DNA from: Verrucomicrobiales bacterium
GTDB taxonomy: Bacteria > Verrucomicrobiota > Verrucomicrobiia > Verrucomicrobiales > V1-33
DNA length: 64,000 bases
Assembly: GCA_031411295.1 (NCBI GenBank)
Contig: JANOAV010000192.1
Coordinates: 36,675-100,674, forward strand
Direction: 5' to 3'
Below, in pieces: positions 56,547-64,000 of this stretch. A program made the position numbers and the translations under genes. Below the pieces are notes generated by a model. The model worked only from the letters and a program-made list of their open reading frames with translations. It did no database searches and was not told the origin of the DNA. Position 1 is the stretch's first letter. Each line of letters starts with the position of its first letter.

Positions 56547-56718
56547 AGTGGCTTTGTGTTGGTAATAATTTATTGTTGCTGGCGCGAAATATAGCACACA
56601 AGACTTTACGCGAGAGCGGAGCAAGCGCTGAAATATCGGATGTTTTTCACTGCTGAGCCCTCACGAATCATGCTGATGTCACTTTTGCGCGAGAAGGTCA
56701 GATCTCTTGCAACATGGG

Positions 56719-58611
56719 TTACTTGGAAGGCGAGACGGTGTCTGTGACCGTCCATTTCTTGAAATCATACACCCGAGTGCGCTCGCCAGATTGCAACGTT
56801 AGGGCTCCACCGTTGGGATGATGAGTGCCATTCGTTTCCAACAGTGGGAAGAGATCGTAACGCACGGGTTTGCCATCGACCGTGCATTCGTCCTTCACCA
56901 TGGGTTCCGCAGGCTTCCAGCGCAGACTTAGGGTGTGTCCACGCAGGTTGGTAAAGGTTAGTTTCGGGGGCGAGGCGTCCATCACGGCGGTGAATTTCGT
57001 TTTGCTCACCAACGCCTCGCCAAACTTCGCCAACTCCGCATCTACGCCACCTCCAGCGAATGCCGCCAGCGGACTCGTTTCCAGAATCCAGCCACCGCGC
57101 GGTGCGTCGCATCGCAGCAGATCCAGCTTCTCGCGTGCATCCGGTTTGTCCCACTTCGCAGGGCCGGTGAAACGAAAAGCAAAGAGCATACTCCCGCCAT
57201 GGCACAACACCCAACCGTCGCGCTCGACTCGTTTAACAATCGCTCCGGTGGTGGTAAACGGAGCCCGCGTAGTCCAGAAACTGTAGTCCGCAGGCACATC
57301 ATGCACTCCGATAAGCGTGCGCTCATGCTGCAGGGTCTGGCAGTAGGGATTTTCTCCGTAAGCGAATGCATTGCGGATTTGTTCGCTTGGTCGACGTCGA
57401 TTTTCCTGAATGATCGTGAACGTGCTGGCGGGTTGCGGACTTTGCCACTTGAGCATTGTGCGGCGGCATTCCTTGAACAGCGAGGAATCGAACGGACTGC
57501 CATCGTCGCGCTGGCTGGCCAAGCCATAGCCGGTGGTGAACCATGCCATCTTCCGAACGACCTGTTTGTGGCTGGGCCAAATGTGATTTGCCAAGACTGT
57601 GCGCGTATCCGGCAGCGCGGTCTGCCAGGCGCTCAGGAAATCCGGCGCCAGCACCCGTCCCTAGTGCGCCAGCCAATACGCTTGAGGCGCGGAGTTGATG
57701 TTGAATGGCTGATCACTGCCATACAGCAGCCAAGCCATGCTGTTGGTGGGGGCCGCCGAATGCGGACTCAGATTCAGGGACCCCCAATATTTCCCCCGCC
57801 CCGCCGTGCTGATGTGATAACCGTGATGCCAGTGAGCGCCCGTATGGATGAGCATGAAATCAAGCGTCATGGCCGCAGCCTTGCTCATGGCCGCATCCCG
57901 GCTGAACTCCGCAATCATTCGCGTGGGCGCGAAGTCCGTGCCGTAGTAAACGGGTGCATCGTATTCGCTGGCATTGCGATCCGTCGTCTCCCGCCAAATG
58001 CGCCAAAGCCATTCCGCGCAATTCTTCTGAATCTTCGCAGCATTGTTCCCACCAGCATCCACCAGGTCCGGCCACTCTTGGGCCGCCAGCCAACCCGCCC
58101 CGTCACGCATCAGTTCATAATTCAACGACACCCCGATCGGCTTGGAATACGTCCAACTGGCCGCCAACCGCTTTACCTTTGCGGTTAGGGGAGGTGGAAA
58201 TTTTTCCTTATGCACCAGGTAAGCGTGCATCACCGCATGCAGATTGAAGGGATCCGGCTTCGCCTTCAACGTGGCATCCAGCATCTTGTCCAGTGCCAGC
58301 AGCGTGCCCGGCAAGTCCGCTCCCGACTCCAATCGCGCTGCCAGGAAAGGCATGCCATCCTTGGGAAACGTGGGACTGCGGGGGACAGTGGTCGCAAAGT
58401 ATTTAACGCATGCCTGCGCCCGCTCCGCATAAGTTTTACCAGTCAACCGTGGATTGGAGCCAGCCACACTCGCCTGCTCTTCCGCCGCAGCGCCAGATAT
58501 AAACAACAACGCCATCGTCGGCATCAGCAGTTGTCTTGCGAAACCTCGCCCCGACCAGATCAGGCTTCCGTCGGGCTGCGGGGAATTATTTAAACTCATG
58601 GAGGTGATCAT
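56719..58611 (-). pseudogene. Secreted hypothetical protein (~630 codons) interrupted by in-frame TAG at 57661-57663
   Basis: ...AYWLAH*GRVLAPDFLSAWQ... both ORF halves are in the same frame; signal-peptide-like LLFISGAAA. Confidence 0.7.
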
Positions 58612-58821
58612 CTTTTCGTGCTTCAGAAGGTTGTAGTTTTCGTGTGGGGACCAGGACGGTGCAAGGAATCATTGTCTCCACACCTCTCTCGCAGCACATA
58701 TCTTCCGCCCCTTACCCCTTAGTGGCCGACTTCTGGAGGCCTGCGACATGTAACGAACACTCTTCCTCACGAATCGCAGTTTTGCGCGATGCGAAGCAGA
58801 GTAGGCGCTTCCTGCTAGTCT

Positions 58822-61800
58822 TCATTTGGAAACTTTAAGTCGCAGGAAACGCCGACCGCCTGACGCTGCGGCAACGCTTGCTTTAACGTTCTGCACGGTG
58901 CCGTTGTCGCTTAGAATTTGCTCTGTCACACCGGCATTGCTCCAAGAACCAGCCACCAGCGTGTCGCTCCATTCCATACCAAACGTCACGCCATCAAGCA
59001 TCGCAGCGTTGCTCCGGGAGTAAGTAAACTCCAGCCCGGCACCGTTCTTAACAACGCTCGTGCCGACGGCGGTTGGCGCATTGGGATTCTGCCCAGTAGC
59101 AAATTCCAACAGGTTGCTCTCGCCATCCTTGTTGGCATCAAACAGATCGGCAGCATTGCCAGTGTTTGCTGAAGTCCCGAAATACTGGAGCCGCCATTGC
59201 TCAATCGGTGTTATGGGAGTTTGCATAGTCACAGTCAAATCGTTGCCATCTCCGCCGGTATAACTGATGAGCCAGGAATAGCCACTGGCACCAAAGATAC
59301 TTCCCTGCGGTTTGCCAGCAAATGTTCCGCTTATGGCTCCAGCGCTGGTTTTGTTGAGGATGGTGAATGTGGTTCCTACGGCAAGGCCGGGCGCTGCGAT
59401 GATGTCGAGATTGCCAGCAAGCGTCACGCTGCCCCCAACGGTGAGTTGGTCATACTGCGTGCCGACGGTCGGGCCGTTGAGTCGCACTTCAAAACGTCCG
59501 CCAGTGGTGATGGCGACGTTTCCCGTCGTGACTGGCGTGCCGATAGCGGCTACGGTTCCACCGTTTGCCGTGAGAGCACTCGTTAGGCTGCCGCTCAGGG
59601 CGAGCTTCCCGGCCACGATGGTTGTCGCGCCAGTGTAAGTGTTCGCTGCTGATAGGACCAGTGTTCCCGCACCCGATTTCGTGAGACCGCCGTCGCCTGC
59701 GCCACCAGTAAGCAGTGGTTGCGCGATGGCAATGTTGAAACCGTTGGTGTCTATGAGCGCACCGCCGGTTTTCACCTGCGTTGTGGTCAGGCCCTGCATG
59801 AAGCTCGCGGTGGCAGTTGTAGGCTTCAGCGTGCCGCCGTTAAAATTGAATGTGCCGAACGTGTCGGTGCCTGCGTCCTGCGTGATTTGGTTCACGCTGA
59901 GCACACCGCCATTGAGGTTGTATTCACCGCGGCGGGGGGCGGTATTCGTTGCCGTTGTGCGAGCCATGTTTAGTCCACCAGCTACGGTCACAGTGCCGCC
60001 ATTTTGAATAAAACGTCCTGCGGCATTCCGTCCGGCGGAGGGCGTGCCGGTAAGACGCAGGCCGCTGCCGACCGTGAAATTTCCAGTGCCGCTGACCGTT
60101 ACCGTGCTCCAAACATTGTCGCCTGCCACTTGGTTGGAAATCGTGGCGGTCCCGCTGATGGAAAGGAGTCCACTAGTGAGGTTGAGATCCCCTGCCCCGA
60201 GGCCAGTAAAGGCGCTGTTCATAGTGAGTGATGCTGCTTGCACGGTCCCTGCGCTTTGATTGTAAACGCAGTTGGCCGCTCCGTCGTTGCCGTTTCCGAC
60301 GATGATCGCGCCAAAGCGGCTGGTGGCGCTGCTGTCGTGATTGAAGATGCCGACGGCCGATCCTCCAAGAGTCAGGCTGGCTCCGGTGGCGGGGGCGATG
60401 GAGCCGCTGCCGGTGATTGTTAGCGTGGCACCCCTCACGCCCACGGCACCACTGCTAGTGCCCGCGCCACTAACGCGGAGGGTTCCGGCTGTAATGGTGA
60501 GCGCTCCTGTCAGATTGTGGCTTCCGGAAATTTCGAGCGTGCCAGTCGAGTTCTTGGTGAATGAACCCACACCACCAAGGCCGCCACTGAAGCGCGTTTC
60601 CGCCGTAGGCGAGCCCTGGAGGATGGTGGGCGCAGTGAGATCGAGCGAGGTAGCAAGGTCGTAAAGGATGCCGCCATTGCCAAGGTCAATTGTGCCGCCG
60701 GTGGCGAAACTGATTGTGCCGTCGGTGAGGGTGGTCGTGCCTGGGCCAGTGCCGTTCAGGGCGAGGCGCTGGAGCGTGAACGAACCTCCAAGATCCTTCT
60801 GCGACGTGGTATTTCCACCGGGCGTGAGGCTGGTAAGGAATTCTAGTTTCGTCAGGGCGTTCGAGCCAGGAACCACTGCGGGCACCCAGTTTGCGGGATC
60901 GCTCCAAACACCGCTAACCGTTTGCGTCCAGACGTAGAACGGGACGGAAGCGTTGGACTTCGGATCGGTGCCCGCAAGGAACTCGGCTGCGTTGGTCGCG
61001 CCATCGCCATCGGGATCAGCGTTGGGCCCGATGATGTTAGTATCAGTAACGCCGGGCCAGTTGGTGGCCTGCCAGGTGTCGAAGCCCGCAGGAAGTGCAG
61101 CCACCGTGACCGCCAGATCGCGCCATGCCTGACCGAGGGCGTTGGTGGCCGTGAGCCGCAGCAGGTAATCACCCGGCTGGCAGAAAACCACGGGAGTAGC
61201 CGGGTTGGCCGCATTGGAAAATGAAGCAGTGCCTGGGCCGGACACCATCGACCACACGCTTGAGGTGGAATTGGAAACCGTGCCTGCGAGATTGGCAACG
61301 AAACCCGCTGCAGCGGCAGATGGTGCCGTGCCCGGATCAATTACAGCTGTGGCTTGCGAGAAGTTGTCATCCGCCGGTGGCCCCACTTCCACTATCAGAT
61401 CAGCACTGCGGCTGACGGCGGCGTTGGCGGCGGTGCAGCGCAGGACGTAGCGCCCAACATCAGAAATGCTGACGGTGGTATCGGCGGACGATGGATTTCC
61501 GAAGGTAACGATTCCATCGCCAGTTTCCTCGGTCGCCACGGTGGACCAAGCGTAGGTGATCGGACCCGCGCCAGCGGCACTGGCAGTGATGCGCAGAGTG
61601 GACTCTTGATTCGGCAGCACCACAGGATTTGCCAGCGGCTGGAGGAAGGTGACGAGCGGTTCGTCAATGACTGGGAAGCCAGGAAGGGGCGTCCAGACAA
61701 GGTTTACGCCGGTGGCGGTATGTTGGAGCGAGAAGGAACCGTAGGTGGCTACTGGGTTGCCGGCGGCATCCGCCGAAACAGTTCCAAGCTGGAAGGCACC

Positions 61801-64000
61801 GCTGAGTGACGAGCCGACAGCGACGGGCCAAGCGCGGCTATTGCGCCAGAAGCTGAGCCGAAAATTCACCGTGCTGCCAGGGCGGTTGGACACGACATCG
61901 ACTTTCGAGCCACTGGTCACACTGATGGCTCCGGTGGCGATGGCTTGATCTGCGGCAAGCGAGTTGGAGCCCAATTCCCAATGCAACTTCGAGGCCGCAC
62001 CAAATGACAGCGTGCTGCCGAAATTCATGGTGCCCACACCATCGCCCGGGGCAAGTGTGCCTGTGATGGTGGTGGCGGCGGTGAGAGAACCTCGACCCGC
62101 CAGAGTCGCACCGCTGGCTACACTAACCGCTCCTGATGCATGGCTGCCGTTGATAACAAGTTTCCCTGCGCTGACGACAGTGGCTGAGCTGATGGAGTTG
62201 TTGCCGTTGAGCGTCCAAGTGCCCGCGTCATTTTTGGAAAAGCCTGCGATGGTATTCGCCCCAGCTCCATCAATAAAATTACCATTGATAATGCCATTGC
62301 CCGCACCGCGCAGGTCGAGCCCGCGGCCAGTATAGTTCGTGGTGACGTTGCCGTGGATGGTGAGCGAGCCAGCCGCCACGGTGAGCCGTGTGCTTCCCGC
62401 GCCCGCAGTGATCGTGAGATTGCCGAGGATCTCGTTGTCGCCCGCTTCGTTGAGGATGGCTCCGTTGGGATTGCTAGTAGAAAACGAGAACTCCGGGGGA
62501 AAGATGACGGGTGCAGAGGCCCCGCTGATCCGCAGGACTGCGGAAGCGCTGGCCGCGCTGATATTCTTGGTGCCACTGCCGAGTTGGCGCGCATCAGTGA
62601 CCCGCAGCGAGCCATTGTCCACACGGACTTCTCCAGTGAAATCATTGTCGCCACCAAGGCTGACCACATCAGACGATGTAGCACCGTTTACAATGACCCG
62701 TCCTGCTCCGGTAATGTCGTTGGAAACAAGCACTGAGCCCGTGCGGTCGAAACGCAAGGTAGCTCCGCTGGCGATGCTGACCGGTCCGTTGCCGAGCGTT
62801 CCGGTGGCTCCGTCATTGCCAATCTGTAACGTGCCAGCGCTGATCACAGTAGAGCCGGCATAGCCGTTGTTTCCAGCAAGAATGAGCGTGCTAAAAGTGC
62901 CAGTGCGAATGATACCGCCGCTGCCGGAAATGGCTCCATTGAAAACGAAGGTGCCGCTGTTAGAGGCGTTGAAAGTTACGTCATCATCAAGCGTAATGTC
63001 GTTGGCGATGTTGTAACGATAGCCAGTGGTGGTGCCGCTAAGCGTGATGGCAGGTGATAGAGCTCCATTGGGCACGAGGCGCAACGCATTGCCGTCCACG
63101 TTCACGATTGTCGTGGCCGTGCCCGTGCCGCCGAAAGTTAGTTTGTTAGCACTCGTGGTGCCCGCAAGGTTGTTCGTGGCGTTGATGGTGCCTGCGGCGA
63201 GGGTTTGTCCATTGAAGAACTGGATGTCCGCGCCCGGTCCGCTGACAGGGGCGGTGGAGCCCTGCCAATTCGCGCCAGTGCTCCAGTTTCCGGAAACCGC
63301 ACTGATCCAGTTGGTAACCACTGGCGTTGCGGAAAACGTGATCGTGCCGATATCGCTCGTGGCTCCATCGGCATCGGTGGCGGTGAATGCGAATGATTGC
63401 AGGCCGGTGAATCCGAGCGTGGGCGTGAAGCGAGCCGTAATGCCATCAGGCAGCAGGGAAACGGTGCCGCCGACCGGAGCGCTCACGGCGTAGGTCATCT
63501 GGGTGGACGGTGTCCAGTCATCAGTGACACGCACAGGCAGGGCGACATCGACGGGCGCGCCTCCTGCCGTGTTGGCGCTGCCGTTGGAGACAGTGGGCGC
63601 TTCGTTTTGTGCGACGAGATTCCATGACGCGAGCGGGGAAATGACAGGCGTAGTGACGGGCGGATCTTCCCCCGGTGCGAGCGGCACAAACCAGATGGCA
63701 AGCGTGGTGCTAGTAACGCCCGTTAGATTGATCGCCAGCTTACTGAAGAGCGTGTTAGCATTTGCCTCCGGCGGGTTAGGCGAAGTCGGCAGTGGCCGTG
63801 CCGCGCGCACGCTCCAGGCCCCGCCGCCGCTCACGATCTTTCCCCACAGCCGTTCGGTGCCGCTTTGCAGCGTCACGCTAGTGGTATCGGGGCTGATGGT
63901 CACACTCACCTGATCATTGCGATAGTGCGCGAACCACCATGCGGTCCCCGCACTCGGCAGAACGATCTCATCCTGCACCAGCACATCGCGACGCTTGTTC
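58822..64000 (-). CDS. Giant secreted protein (N-terminus outside window): heparinase II/III-like segment, Ig domains, autotransporter-associated repeats, C-terminal module
   Basis: VLVQDEI..WWFAH..ARPLPTSP..KLAI (resembles heparinase II/III-type C-terminal sandwich; tentative); GGLTKSGAGTL repeats; DPDGDGATNAAEF; ends RRFLRLKVSK. Confidence 0.8.
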   Translation of the reverse strand, partial: NKRRDVLVQDEIVLPSAGTAWWFAHYRNDQVSVTISPDTTSVTLQSGTERLWGKIVSGGGAWSVRAARPLPTSPNPPEANANTLFSKLAINLTGVTSTTLAIWFVPLAPGEDPPVTTPVISPLASWNLVAQNEAPTVSNGSANTAGGAPVDVALPVRVTDDWTPSTQMTYAVSAPVGGTVSLLPDGITARFTPTLGFTGLQSFAFTATDADGATSDIGTITFSATPVVTNWISAVSGNWSTGANWQGSTAPVSGPGADIQFFNGQTLAAGTINATNNLAGTTSANKLTFGGTGTATTIVNVDGNALRLVPNGALSPAITLSGTTTGYRYNIANDITLDDDVTFNASNSGTFVFNGAISGSGGIIRTGTFSTLILAGNNGYAGSTVISAGTLQIGNDGATGTLGNGPVSIASGATLRFDRTGSVLVSNDITGAGRVIVNGATSSDVVSLGGDNDFTGEVRVDNGSLRVTDARQLGSGTKNISAASASAVLRISGASAPVIFPPEFSFSTSNPNGAILNEAGDNEILGNLTITAGAGSTRLTVAAGSLTIHGNVTTNYTGRGLDLRGAGNGIINGNFIDGAGANTIAGFSKNDAGTWTLNGNNSISSATVVSAGKLVINGSHASGAVSVASGATLAGRGSLTAATTITGTLAPGDGVGTMNFGSTLSFGAASKLHWELGSNSLAADQAIATGAISVTSGSKVDVVSNRPGSTVNFRLSFWRNSRAWPVAVGSSLSGAFQLGTVSADAAGNPVATYGSFSLQHTATGVNLVWTPLPGFPVIDEPLVTFLQPLANPVVLPNQESTLRITASAAGAGPITYAWSTVATEETGDGIVTFGNPSSADTTVSISDVGRYVLRCTAANAAVSRSADLIVEVGPPADDNFSQATAVIDPGTAPSAAAAGFVANLAGTVSNSTSSVWSMVSGPGTASFSNAANPATPVVFCQPGDYLLRLTATNALGQAWRDLAVTVAALPAGFDTWQATNWPGVTDTNIIGPNADPDGDGATNAAEFLAGTDPKSNASVPFYVWTQTVSGVWSDPANWVPAVVPGSNALTKLEFLTSLTPGGNTTSQKDLGGSFTLQRLALNGTGPGTTTLTDGTISFATGGTIDLGNGGILYDLATSLDLTAPTILQGSPTAETRFSGGLGGVGSFTKNSTGTLEISGSHNLTGALTITAGTLRVSGAGTSSGAVGVRGATLTITGSGSIAPATGASLTLGGSAVGIFNHDSSATSRFGAIIVGNGNDGAANCVYNQSAGTVQAASLTMNSAFTGLGAGDLNLTSGLLSISGTATISNQVAGDNVWSTVTVSGTGNFTVGSGLRLTGTPSAGRNAAGRFIQNGGTVTVAGGLNMARTTATNTAPRRGEYNLNGGVLSVNQITQDAGTDTFGTFNFNGGTLKPTTATASFMQGLTTTQVKTGGALIDTNGFNIAIAQPLLTGGAGDGGLTKSGAGTLVLSAANTYTGATTIVAGKLALSGSLTSALTANGGTVAAIGTPVTTGNVAITTGGRFEVRLNGPTVGTQYDQLTVGGSVTLAGNLDIIAAPGLAVGTTFTILNKTSAGAISGTFAGKPQGSIFGASGYSWLISYTGGDGNDLTVTMQTPITPIEQWRLQYFGTSANTGNAADLFDANKDGESNLLEFATGQNPNAPTAVGTSVVKNGAGLEFTYSRSNAAMLDGVTFGMEWSDTLVAGSWSNAGVTEQILSDNGTVQNVKASVAAASGGRRFLRLKVSK

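Noticed and set aside
24509..57663. Genome-wide TAG reassignment or pyrrolysine
   Set aside because: Only two internal TAGs among many very long ORFs, and no pyl genes or suppressor tRNA seen; point mutation is more parsimonious

Overview
Bacterial DNA, most likely Verrucomicrobiota. This is inferred from PEP-CTERM proteins, a PVC-type CxxCH protein, autotransporter-associated repeat proteins lacking a beta-barrel, an ECF/Ser-Thr kinase pair and a TGTTC-N4-GAACA LexA-type box. Much of the window encodes giant secreted or surface proteins. It also holds DNA/RNA metabolism genes (Uma2, DeaD, a NUDIX hydrolase), carbohydrate-active genes, a two-component system and two ECF sigma modules. Highlights: (1) one 1455-aa ORF fuses a DinB-type Y-family polymerase with intact catalytic motifs to a DnaE2-type C-family polymerase; it has a RecA-NT-like motif, a LexA-type palindrome over its promoter and two in-frame REP-like doublets, one at the fusion junction. 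(2) A conserved GAAAC-N16-CYGAGAA promoter-like motif precedes three surface-protein transcription units just downstream of an ECF sigma/WD40 Ser-Thr kinase pair, suggesting a local regulon. (3) Five giant proteins share a C-terminal module ending in (F/Y)xR. (4) A CE15-like esterase is fused to a PL10 pectate lyase. (5) Two genes are broken by in-frame TAG codons, both in CTAGG context. No rRNA, tRNA, CRISPR array, transposase or prophage was recognised. All calls come from reading motifs by eye; no database search was run, so novelty is unverified.
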